This document shows positions 1 through 11,489 of a DNA stretch of 64,000 nucleotides, one piece after another (positions within the stretch are counted from its first letter, which is position 1; every line of letters starts with the position of its first letter). The position numbers and the translations under genes are program-made. The notes under the pieces were generated by a model. The model was not told the origin of the DNA and did no database searches. It saw only the letters and a program-made list of their open reading frames with translations. The stretch is from Anthoceros angustus (Eukaryota; Plantae; Anthocerotophyta), in the NCBI GenBank assembly GCA_010909165.1, contig VJWM01000240.1, positions 62,001-126,000 of the forward strand, written 5' to 3'.

Positions 1-3000
1 GGAGAAAGATAAGGAGATTGGGAGGCTTGCCTGGAGTTGGAGAGCGGTAGTGGAGAAAGAGGCCGCATTGGTAGGAGTGACAAATCAGCCGGTGGGACGA
101 AAAGGCCATCCCACTAAGGGTCCGCATCATGGACGACAAAAGAAGGAGAGTGGTAGGGTGGCGACCTACTACAACAACCTCCTCGAAGCGATTGAGGAAC
201 GCCATGGAGGAAGACGAAGAAACAGACTCACCGCTCGACGCCAAGTGGAATGGCAACCGAGGTCAAACTTTGAGTTGGTACAAGGAAAGTGTGTGGACAT
301 AGCCGAACGAGCGAGTCAAGAAGCACCCACGGCGACGCCAGAGAACCTCCCGAGACGGTGGAGCTATCAAGCGGGAGGAAGAGACCGATGGTAGGATGGT
401 ACCTACCAAAGTTCCTACTGTAGGAACTGCTGAAGAGGAGGAGGTGACCCGGAAGGAAGGTACCTCCGGTCTCTGAAACCAGTGTGAGGAAGGTACCCCA
501 TAGCAAGATCCAAACAGAGGTAGGAGACGAACCGCCTACCAAGAAGACGAGAACAGAGGGGAGGAACCCATCGAGGATGAACGAGTAGGAGGAATGGAAC
601 CTCCTACCACAGGAAGACCTACCACCGAGGGCCGACGAGGCGTGCTACCGGCATAGTCCCGAGAAGACTCGAGGTGGGCAAGGCTAAACGACCCATCAAG
701 GGAAGACATTGAAGCTGCGAGGCGAACAAAAGCGTGACGTGGGATGTCGGTGGGACCTTTTCGGTGGGGCGTTTTGTCCCAAGTGGTGCACACCTTGGGA
801 AGTGTGAGTATTTAAGAGTGGCGGCGGTATGAGCGGATAGGATATTCGGTCAAGGTGAGCCGGATCGAGCCGAGAGGACGTGAGGGTGGCGGAAGGAGCC
901 ATCGGCCCCGGAGGATGAAGAGCAGGACGAGGCCCCGGGCAAGAGACCGCCACGCCCGCGAACCAACATGAGGCCTCGGGATCGGGGAACCCAACAAGAG
1001 AAAGGGAAAAGGCCATAGAAGCACCTCCTACGGAGGAAGGAGGAAAGGATACGAGACCACCTAGGGTTGAGGATTGGTAGGCCGACAACACCGGTGGTAG
1101 GAGTGAACCCCTACGGTGGGACCCGGAAGGAGGCGATGGAACCTCCTACGGAGCTTTACCTCCTACCAAGAAGTAGTAACAAGACTTGAGGCGGAAGGAG
1201 GCGGAGGATGCCGAGAAGAACGCCGAGGCGTTGGTGACCTACGGAGGAAGGCGATGGGAAGTGTTGAGGCGGCATCCCTGAGGGTAGTTCTTGAGGCGGA
1301 AGTGGGCGCGGGATCTATGGACGCCCTAGTGGACCGTGTCGGAGGTGGCCGAGTTCGTCGAACTTGAGACCTCTGAGGCGGAAGGAGGCGGAGGATGCCG
1401 AGAAAGAGGAGCTCAAAACCACCTCAGAAGCAACACTCCGTGCTAGATCCGCCAAAGAGCGACGGGATGACCACCAAGTTGGTGAATGTGTGGGAAATGA
1501 TTGACCGGTCTTAGGACGAGGCAAAATCAGCCAAGAGGGCGAGGAGTTGGAAGCTGCCGGGAAGGAGGAAGGAAGTTGGAAGCTACCCTAGCAAGGGTAG
1601 GACACATCGAGCAGCAAGGAGGAGGCATCTCACTAGCAAGGCCGTGGGACCTTGAAGGCAGAAGGACCTCCTCGAAGAAGTTAGTTGCCATGGAGCGGAA
1701 GGAGCATTACAAGGGAAAATACGGCTTGGTGAAGGAGCGACAAGGATGGGACAATGTGACTAAGGGTCACAAAGAGGAGCTTCGTATTACGAGAGAACTT
1801 TTGGAGCAACGGAAGGAGGCGAGAAGGCGACCTTACCCACGCCTATGAGGCGGAGGCAAGGCTGCGGAAGGAGGTTTTGATGGCCCAACGATCTTTGGAG
1901 GGTCTTGGTCATTCGAGGGAGCGGAAGGAGGCGGCGCGCCATAGTGAAACATGGCGATGGAAGCCATGGAGAAAGATAAGGAGATTGGGAGGCTTGCCAC
2001 AGGTTGGAGGAGCGTAGTGGAGAAAGAGGCCGCATTGGTAGGAGTGACAAATCGGGCCGGGTGGGACGAGTCGTCATCCCACTAAGGGTCCGCATCATGG
2101 ACGCACAAAGAAGGAGAGTGGTAGGGTGGCGACCTACTACAACAACCTCCTGGAAGCGATTGAGGAACGCTACGGTGAGGAAGGCGAAGAAAGCAGACCT
2201 CCATTACGACGCCAAGTGGAATGGCAACCACGGAGGTGAAACTTTGAGTTGGTACAAGGAAGTGGGGACATAGCCGAGCGAGCAGTCAAGAAGCACCTAC
2301 GGCGCCGATGGAACCTCCCAGACGGTGGAGCTATCAAGCGGGAGGAAGGCGATGGTAGGATGGTACCTACCAAAGTTCCTACTCGGTAGGAAGCTGAAGA
2401 GGAGGAGGTGACCCGGAAGGAAGGTACCTCCGGTCTCTGAAACCAGTGTGAGGAAGGTACCCCATAGCAAGATCCAAACAGAGGTAGGAGACGAACCGCC
2501 TACCAAGAAGGCGAGCAGTGGGGAGGAACCTCGAGGGTGAGCAGTAGGAGGAATGGAACCTCCTACCACGGTGGAAGACCTACCACGAGGGTGGCGTGGC
2601 GGTGCTACAGTCTGGAGAAGACTCCACGGAGGTGGGCAAGGCTAAGCGACCCATCGAAGGGAAGACATTGAAGCCGCGAGGGCTAACAAAAGCAGCGACG
2701 TGGGATGTCGGTGGGACCTTTTCGGTGGGGCGTTTTGTCCCAAGTGGTGCACACCTTGGGAAGTGTGAGTATTTAAGAGTGGCGGCGGTATGAGCGGATA
2801 GGATATTCGGTCAAGGTGAGGTGACCCGGAAGGAGGCGGAGGCAAGGAACCTCACGAGGGGTGACAAGGGTCCTATTGTTGGACTTGGCAAGTCGCCCTA
2901 GCATTAAACTAGCACGAGTGGCCAGTCGACTCCCCCACCTATAAAAGGGAGGGTGGAAGAATGAATAAACACCAGACCTTGCTTTGTCATGCATTCTTCG

Positions 3001-3700
3001 TCTCTCCGGCGCATCCCTTTGTGTGTGTGCGCAGTTGACCGTCGTCCGCCAAGCGACGAGAAGGCGAAGGGTGGGGTTCGGTCGGAGGCCCCTCGCGGTG
3101 GGTTCGCTCAACGCAGGCTCCTCCTCTCGTGAAAGATTGTTGTTGGATGTGCTTGGTGTTGCTGCTGGGTGGCCCCTGCAGGGTGACTGGCGCTCGACTA
3201 CGCTCGCGTCAGGTGTTCGTACACAGCAATCGGCCCGAGAGAAATACCCAGCTAGCCGTCACCCCAGGCAGTTGTGCCGCAAGGGAGGCGTGCAAACTGG
3301 CGAACGTTGCGAGTAGAGTTAGATTTGGGGATCGAATGAAGTGAGTCTGTATGTGGTTGTCTGTGAGCTATGTTTCTTTTGAGAATGGTGAAGAGGTTGG
3401 TTATGGGTGTGTCGTTGTAGAGTGAATTGATCGTTGTAGTTGGCGAGGAGAGTGTTGAGGTGGAGGGAATCACAGGCGTGGAGGCGGCGTGGGCGATAAC
3501 CCGAAGCATAACACCGCTTGTTGCCCACACCGAGGACAAGTAGGCAAGGCGGGATGATGAGGCGAGAGAGTGAGAGGAATGACTTGCGAACAATCCGAAC
3601 CAAATCTCTTGGGATCGAACCTACGTATTCAACGACCGTGGGATAAGTGTGGCCACCGAGGCGAGCTTCGGGAGACCGGGGCAAACCTACCACAACCAGG
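1..3700 (+). mobile_element. Degenerate LTR-retroelement-like (non-autonomous) block with an internal ~1.97 kb-period direct repeat
   Basis: 1-859 recurs at ~1968-2820 with many small indels. An LTR-like segment with a TATA motif (CTATAAAAGGG) lies at ~2939. ORFs are short and frameshifted, and no RT or integrase motif was seen. The block runs off the left window edge. Confidence 0.5.
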
Positions 3701-4282
3701 CTGCCTGATGGTTGGCATGTGAAGCAATTCTAGGGTTCTAGTTGTTTCTAGGCTTCCGACATTTTCAAACATAACGCTCTTGTGTAGGTTTTGTGTACAG
3801 ACAGCAAGGTTGTAAGTTGAAGTCTGGTTGAAGGTTGTAGGTTGAAGTCTGAAAAAACTTTCAGGCTTCCAAACAGCAGGCACTTGTTTCCTTCTGTTGA
3901 AAGCTCCATATGCTGAAGTCTGTTTCTAGTTTTTGCATATGTGAATGTGCTCAGAGGTGAAGGCATGCGTGTGTGAAAGCTTCCCAGAGTAGTGGATGTG
4001 AAGCCGCTTGAGGGTTCGCTGGTTCTAGCCTCACAGACAAACCAGACTTCGACATAGACACATCAGACACACAGACACACCAGACACACAGACAAAGCAG
4101 ACTTCGAGCATCATAATCAAAGTAGACTTCGGGCAATAGAAATCTTATTAGATACATGTCCGAGTTTTCTCACCTTTCGACATCATGCCCATTGAGTCAA
4201 ACTTTACAATGCCCAAGGCCTCACTCACAAATTCAAAATCCATCCCACTGATTGGCCATCTAGGCTTGCTTTCCTCAGACCT

Positions 4283-4724
4283 GGGCATGATTCAATGAGA
4301 AATAATCATCTCACCCCTTTCAATGGTGGCCTTATGCACATGCGTGGCCTTCTGCCCGGGCAACTTAAAGCCCGCGGTCTACCCCTGGTTCCACTTTCTG
4401 AGCACGAGCACCCTCACGGCACTCGGGTTCGCCTTTGCACACAATGGAAGCTATGGCGCCTTGAGAATGGATGATATTGTTGTGATGGAGGGACATGGAA
4501 TCTCCAAGCCGACACGGGCATGATTCAATGAAAATAATCATCTCACCCCTTTCAATGGTGGCCTTATGCACATGCGTGGCCTTACGCCCGGGCAACAAAG
4601 CCCGCGGTCTACCTGGTTCCACTTCGAGCACGAGCACCCTCGGCCTCGGTTCATGCACACAATGGAAGCTATGGCGCCTTGAGAATGGATGATATTGTTG
4701 TGATGGAGGGACATGGAATCTCAA
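4283..4724. repeat. Tandem duplication, ~233 bp unit x ~2
   Basis: GGGCATGATTCAATGA...GGGACATGGAATCTC starts at 4283 and again at 4516. Confidence 0.85.
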
Positions 4725-5689
4725 GCGAGCACGACGCCAAGGGCGCCTCTGCGCCGGAGGTGAGTATCGACCATCTAGCTATGACAAATTCACTTTTTCA
4801 ACTTGGCTGCAGCAGTACTTGCAGATGGAGCAGGCCAAGGCCTGGCCCTTGGAAGAAGGTGCGAGCTGGGTGGTTGGCCCCCTCGGAGCCTTCCGTGTAG
4901 TGCTGGACACTGGAGGACAAGGTGCCCTCGGCTGTGGATGACTCAAGCGAGCACGACACGGCGTTGTGGCGGGGCGCCTCGGCCAGCAGTTTCCTTGTCA
5001 TCGTGCTTGCATATAGCATGTATGGTGAGGCATGTCTCAAGCAAGAGGGATGTGTGGCACACCGCTCGCTCATGGGTGTGCTATGCTTGGCGGCGGATGT
5101 ATTCGGACTCTTCACAAATGGCTGGCCTTAAGCTGTTGTGCTTTTCATGCTTGGACGGCGTCTCGAGACAGTGCTTTTTTTAGGCTGCGTGGCCTTATGT
5201 GCTAGCCATTCTTTTGAGGCAATGTAGCTCGTGTAGCTATGCGAGTACACTGGATTAACACCGTGTGGGTTGTTAATCGGACAAATCAAATGCACATCTA
5301 GACAAGCGAGGGCAAGTGTGACTCACTGCGCATTCCAATTGCCAATCTGAACACACTGAACTCACACACACAACATAGTTTGAATCCATGTCACAACATC
5401 CGCTGAGCCGAGCCTGGCATGTTTAACATGGTTCACCTCCAAACTAAAACCATAACTCGTAGAAAATCGGAGACATCCACAGCTAAATTGCCCATTGTAG
5501 ATGCTTCCACACCAGGTTGGGACTCCACACTCTCTGACAAGTCGTGGATAGCTTTGCTGCAATCCCTCTCCTAGTTCACCACAGCTTGATCCAACCATGC
5601 TCTATATCCAGCAGAAAGCCAGTACATCTGTGGAGTCTTCTTGTTCTTCTCGTTGGCCTTCGGAATAGCGACCATTGGAAACTTTGGGC

Positions 5690-6870
5690 AGTTCATGTCA
5701 AGGATCAAGCTCAAACATTTCACAAAAAAAAACTTCAGAGCATGTAGACAGACATGTAGACAAAGCATCTAACACGGCCGCCAATGACACACACTACTCA
5801 TCGCTAGAACAGCTGGAGGCCAGGAATTGACATGTTCAGATGTCATTAGATGCATCTGTCCTGTCAAGGTTCAAAGCACCACACACACAAAACAATTTGG
5901 CTGCCTGGATCAAGCTCCAACACACACACACACAAAATTCAGAGCCTGTAGACAGCCTATCTGGACCAACCATCTAACACGCACCACCTACCCGTTCACA
6001 TCTTGCCTGCACATGCACCTGATCACACAACGACCAGCATCCATAAGCTCATGAAACTGCACTACCAAGCTCAAGAAGCTACCATAAGCACAAGAAGCTA
6101 CACCACCAAGTTCAAAGCCACACCAAGAAGGTCTAGTAATTTTTAGAGCCTGCAAACAGACATCTAGACTAGGAGATGCATCTGGACCAAGAGCTAAATC
6201 TGTCCCGCATCACACCCACCACCTACTGCTAGGACTGCTCAAGGCTGTGCATTCACATGTTCTGGTCTAACACGAAGCATGTGGGTGTCAAGGATCCAGC
6301 ACACAAGGCTAATCATGTCAAGGATCACGAAGGCCGGGTATCTTGAAGGGCTGAAGGCCGGGCTGAAGGCCGGGCTGAAGGCCGGGCTGAAGGCCGGGCT
6401 GAAGGCCAGGATTGCTGAAGGCCAGGTATTCACGTGTTCAACCGTGAGTAGATGCAGCTGTCCTGTCAAGGTTCAAAGCACACCACAGACACAAAACAAT
6501 CTAGCTGCCTGGATCAAGCTCCAACACACACAAGAAGCACAAGAAGCTACACCACCGAGTTCAAAGCCACACCAAGAAGGTCTAGTATTTTTCAGAGCGT
6601 GCAGAGAGACATCTGGACAAAGAGACGCATCTGTCCTGCATCACACCCACCACTCACTGCTAGGACTGCTCAAGGCTGTGCCAGATGTCATTAGATGCAT
6701 CTGTCCTGTCAAGGTTGAAAGCACACCACAAACACAAAACAATCTGGCTGCCTGGATCAAGCTCCAACACACACAAAAAAAACTTGAGCATGTAGCAGAC
6801 ATGTAGACAAAGATATCCGGACCAGCCCGCAATCACACCCACCGCTGCTGTGATCAAGCTCAAGCATATC
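5690..6870. repeat. Complex shuffled-module repeat region including a 12-bp minisatellite (GGCTGAAGGCCG)n
   Basis: The module GATGCA(T/G)CTGTCCTGTCAAGGTT...GGATCAAGCTCCAACACACA occurs three times (~5850, ~6450, ~6695). About five copies of the 12-mer lie at ~6349-6410. Confidence 0.8.
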
Positions 6871-7184
6871 ACCAAAAAACTTGGAAAATCAACCACCGAA
6901 CGAGAAAAGGACCCACCTGACTGTGGCCCCACCTCCTCTTCTCCATCCGGTGCTAAAAGAACACGATGATTTTTGTCCTCCTCCACCAAGCCTATGACTT
7001 CTGCCTCCTTGTCAGGAATACGTTCTTCCTCACGCTCCTTGGCAGGCATGTCCTCCTGCTCTTGCTCCCTACCGGCGTCACCCTGTCTCACCTCCTCATG
7101 GCTATCCTCAGAATCTGAAGACACATGCTCAATCCCAAGATCATACCTTTCCCCCCTGTGACCTTATTCACGGGGCCTTGTGAA

Positions 7185-7763
7185 TCAGGGGTCTCTTCCT
7201 GCCGGACATCCACTTTCTTCTCCTTCTCCCCTGCCCGACCCTTCTTCTTCTCCTCCTTCAAGGCTTTCCTCCCATCTGTTTCCTGTTTGAAGGCTAACGG
7301 TTCTGACCTTGTGCATTTTTTTCTCCACTAGGATGCCCAAGGCCATCAACCTCGGGATTTTTTGGCCACCACTACTAGCTCGCTTATCGTAAATATGGAA
7401 GATCAGGTCATCAATGTTCCGCCACTCCTTATCTGAAAACTTTTCAGATCCTTTCCACCCGTAAGCCTCGCTGGCCATTCCTGTTACACCAAACCAGAGG
7501 TCAAACACGTACTGGCCTCCCACCGCCTCCTTCAGCCCCTGTTGAAGCATGCTGTCACGAACGTTCACTCCTTCCTCTCGCAGGACAAAGTCTCCAGTGT
7601 GCCAACACCAAGTGGAGCGCTTCCACTTGGGTGCGTCCTCCAAGGCTTTCGTCACACGGGCTTGTCGAGTCACAGCATTCTTTAGAGCACGCTTCCGATT
7701 CCGTGTCATTCCTACAATCTCCTCATCAGACGCCACCACGTCACTATAAATAGATGAAGGCAT
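7185..7763 (-). pseudogene. Transposon-associated ORF of unknown function, probably frameshifted into the acidic ORF 6660-7124
   Basis: 192-aa protein-like ORF (Trp-rich core followed by a charged tail) embedded between repeat arrays. No domain recognised. Confidence 0.3.
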
Positions 7764-7964
7764 CCTAGCACCTTGTCCTCAATGTTGACCTAAATGGCCC
7801 TTGGATAGCGGCGGTAGATGAGCTATTCTTGATTCAAGCTACAACATCTACAACGAAAAGCTTTAGCAACATGTCAATAAAAGCACAAACCAGCATGCAC
7901 CCTAAAGTAAGAAAACCAAGATGCTTGACTCTTGTGAGCACCGAGAGGCAAAACAGCGATCGTT

Positions 7965-8495
7965 GAGGCGGGACCAGCAGCAGAGGCGGGGAGTAGCGGC
8001 CTGGCACCAACACTAGCAGTGCGAGGGCGGCGGCGGCAGCGGCACAGGCGGGACCAGCAGCGGCGGCGGCGGCACTAGCGAGGCGGGAAGCGGCCTGGCG
8101 GCGGCAGCGGCACAGCGGGCGGGAGCGTGCACAAGCAAGGGTAGGAGCACCAGCACCACCAGGCTCCCAAGCTTCCCACGCTCTCGGCCTTCAGGCTCCC
8201 AAGCTCCCTTGAAGCTTCCCACGCTCTCGGCTCCCAATCTTCCCACACTCTCGGCCTTCAGGCTCCCAAGCTTCCCACGCTCTCGGCTCCCAAGCTTCCC
8301 ACGCTCTCGGCTCCCAAGCTCTCGGCCTTCAGGCCCCAACGGTGTCCTTCTCGCAAGGAATAAATTTTGGTAGGAGAACATAGGGCGTGAGCAAGAAGAC
8401 CAGCAGCGGCACAGGCGGGACCAGCAGCGGCACAGGCGGGACCAGCAGCGGCACAGGCGGGACCAGCAGCGGCACAGGCGGGACCAGCAGCAGAG
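7965..8495. repeat. GC-rich minisatellites: 21-bp (CCAGCAGCGGCACAGGCGGGA)n and 24-bp (GGCTCCCAAGCTTCCCACGCTCTC)n
   Basis: About four perfect 21-mers at 8400-8490 with degenerate copies at 7965-8120. The 24-mers lie at ~8161-8335. Confidence 0.85.
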
Positions 8496-9054
8496 GGCCT
8501 CGGCGGAGCCTCGAGAAGCAGAGGGCCTCGAGCATCAACAGAGGGCGTGAGCACCCGAGAGGGCCTCGAGCATCAGAGAGAGGCAGCAGGCCAAAGTTCG
8601 CGTAGGCACATGTAAGAAGCTGGAGGCGGGAGGAAGTGGAGGGCGTTCGGCCGAAGGTAAGCGGTCGTTGACCTTCAAACAGGTAAAAACTAGACAAGGT
8701 AAACGTAAGATAAAATAATCAACTACAATGATATAAAACTATAACTATAAGTAAAATAAAAATATTAATTTAGTGAAACTTTGACTATCTCACATCACTC
8801 TCTCACATCTCTCTCTCATCTCTCAAAAGTAACCAAGTGTACCACAACCATATGGTACAAAAGTGTACCACCAAACCATGCTTACACCCCATCACATTAA
8901 CGTTAGGTCACGGACGCGATCAACCCTGCCATTATCTAAACCTCTTTTTAACCCGATCATCTTTCAAACTTTATTATCCACATGACACTATTCCTCATTA
9001 TCCTAATTACAATTTTAGAGGTTGTTTTTAATTAGGATATTGCATGACATGTAT

Positions 9055-9561
9055 CTAATTCTCTCTTTGAAATGTAGAAAGGATCTCTATAATGTCAGTA
9101 TATAGCACAAACCGCTCATATTCATTTTCGTTTTCAATAAACCCAGACCCGTAGTTGTCTATGATCTCTTCAATCCTCTTAAATGATGCAAAGTCGATAG
9201 TTCTTCTTCCAGAGACAATGTCATTCATCATTTGAATATCACTTTTGGATATCATTCGAATAACGTCTTCGAATATCAAGCTACTACGGATTTGATAACT
9301 ATGTATTGGTCTACCCTTTACATAGTGGTATATCTCACGCCTACAAATAGGGCATGTCATTGGCCAACTACACACGTTCCACCATGAGTTTAGACAATTT
9401 TTATGATATGTATGAGAACATATATTTATTTTAGTAATCTCTTCGCCTAACATAATAGAATCTTTACAAATTGCACAAGTCACTTTATCTTGAAATTCAC
9501 TTTGATAAATGCTTGTAGATAGACCGTAGTGGACAACGATTGCGACATCCCTAGAATCCAT
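9055..9561 (-). CDS. Intronless AT-rich RING-H2 (C3H2C3) zinc-finger protein, putative E3 ligase
   Basis: Complete motif C-x2-C-x15-C-x-H-x2-H-x2-C-x13-C-x2-C (CAIC...CSHTYHKNC..W..CPIC). First ATG at 9561, open frame to the stop. Confidence 0.65.
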   Translation of the reverse strand: MDSRDVAIVVHYGLSTSIYQSEFQDKVTCAICKDSIMLGEEITKINICSHTYHKNCLNSWWNVCSWPMTCPICRREIYHYVKGRPIHSYQIRSSLIFEDVIRMISKSDIQMMNDIVSGRRTIDFASFKRIEEIIDNYGSGFIENENEYERFVLYTDIIEILSTFQREN

Positions 9562-9743
9562 AATGTATGAAATATTCAAATAGGATAACTAGGGAAAAAC
9601 TTCGACTTATGTGAATACAAAATTATTTTGTAACTAATATCTGATTAGTCCTCAAGAATGATTTCCCCTACACAATCTCAAAGCCTTGATAAACTTATTT
9701 ATAGTTGGAAGTGACACTACCAAATTTGGAAATACACTTATAG

Positions 9744-10118
9744 TTGAAAATAATAAAATCACTTTGCTAAGTAAGGAAACTATAATAGAAGTCAAGATAG
9801 GAAATATATATCTAGGGAAATATAATTGGCGCTCTCCAATTATATTTCTAGGAAAAGAAGACTTTATTATTAAAAAGAGATGGGAAAAACCCATCCACCC
9901 AAAAGCAAAAAACCCAATAAGGGCACCATGCCAGGGGGACTAGCCCCCACGATCACGCATTTCAAAACTACCAACCGCCCGGAGAACTTCGTGGTCAGGG
10001 ATGTGAAAATGCCTACCGACCAGCGGTGTCCTCCAATTATATTTCCCTAGATATACGTTTCCTATCATGACTTTTATTATAGCTTCTTTACTTGACAAAG
10101 TGATTTTGTTATTTTCAA
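9744..10118. mobile_element. Foldback/MITE-like element with ~86-bp inverted arms, interrupted by a non-LTR insertion
   Basis: 9744-9830 is the imperfect reverse complement of 10031-10118. Confidence 0.7.
9849..10030 (-). mobile_element. 5'-truncated 3' end of a CRE-like non-LTR element with ~15-bp target-site duplication
   Basis: CTCCAATTATATTTC occurs at 9834 and 10031. The insert shares AAAAGAGATGGGAAA and GGGCACCA.GCCA.GGGG.ACTAGCCCC with 19440-19540 and, more loosely, 27080-27160. Confidence 0.55.
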
Positions 10119-10129
10119 AACCATTGGCC

Positions 10130-10836
10130 CCCTCATTCTATTCATGGGATTCCTTCTTTATTGGGACCTCAGATCTCCTCTTCCAATTGATTTCGGGAGA
10201 ATTCTCTAAACCAATTGAGACAAGTCAAACAAATTTCTCCCCAAATCAATTGGGACAAGTTAAACAAATTACGTTTGAAACATTCAACACAGTTTCCTAT
10301 CCCTAAGTGGGGCTGTTTATTTTATTATTTGAAAAATTTATGAAAAATAATCTTTATGGATATCGGATAGTGGTCTGGAAGCTGTAAAGACGTATCCGAA
10401 ACAAATCTATGACCACACAACACTATAGACTTTTTGAAGTTTCTTCAAGTGTTAAGAAAATCACATAAAAAATTTAATCATCTTTAAGCATCGGGTGCAA
10501 AGGAGTATTTATTGTTGATTGCTTTATGGTACAATAGATTTTCAAGTGTGGTCGAAGACCGCTAAGCATAACTTTTCCTTTATGATAGGTCAAGATTTTT
10601 TAATGTCGCTTAGAAAGAGTGCTAGCTCCGAAATAGCTCAGTAGAAAAATAATAGTGATTATATCTTAGTGAAACCCATTGATCAATGGAACTCTGAACT
10701 TCCTTTTAGAAAACTTTATGGATTTTATAAATGATTTATTTTTATTTATTAAATTGATAAAAAGCTAATTGGGATACCTCCCTCAATGGGCCCTCTAAAG
10801 CCGCTCCCATCTTGTCCCAATTAGGGAGGGCCGACA
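10130..10836 (-). mobile_element. Pogo/Tigger-like MITE, inverted diverged copy of 20968-21503
   Basis: 10536-10626 matches the reverse complement of ~21181-21273. The end GTCCCAATTAGGGAGGGCCGAC resembles the TIR of the other copy. Confidence 0.6.
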
Positions 10837-11489
10837 GGTGTAAATCCTTCACCACCTAACCCCCGAACCTATGACCATCTTCATGCTGATCATGTCTGTG
10901 CACTGGAGAACTGCAGCGAAACACAATTTCACCATCCTATGGCTCCATTTATGAGCTGCAACATCTACAATCTACAACTGTGGAACTCGATTCCGGAAGG
11001 CGCGTGCTTTCAGATTACATCCATTTCCTTCCGCCAAACCAAGAGACTGATTCCGTCCCGTGCCGTTCTCAGGACTGTGGTGCTGGCGCTGGTCTCGAAC
11101 ATCTACAAAAACGTAGCTCTGTACGTAGGTAGGAGTGATGTACTAAAATAACAAATTCACCAAGCGAATTGCAGGGGAGTACATACAATTAACCGAGGAT
11201 GGCTACAGATCCAGACATCAAACTGCATCCGCACCCGTCCGAGCCTGAGGAAGGATACATAACCAGCCTACATACATACATAGGTAGATAATTTATGCTA
11301 GGTAGGTAGTCTATGCTGGACTGTGGGCCGAGAATCTGGTGCTCAGTTAAAAGCAAGCTACGCCATTGCAGGGAGACTGGTGTTAGAGAAAAATGGAGAT
11401 ACGCCCACAAGCACAGTGACCTACAAGGAGCCACCTTGTTTTGCTTCAGGCAAATCTCCTACCCAGAACCCAGACAGGCTCCTCACATT

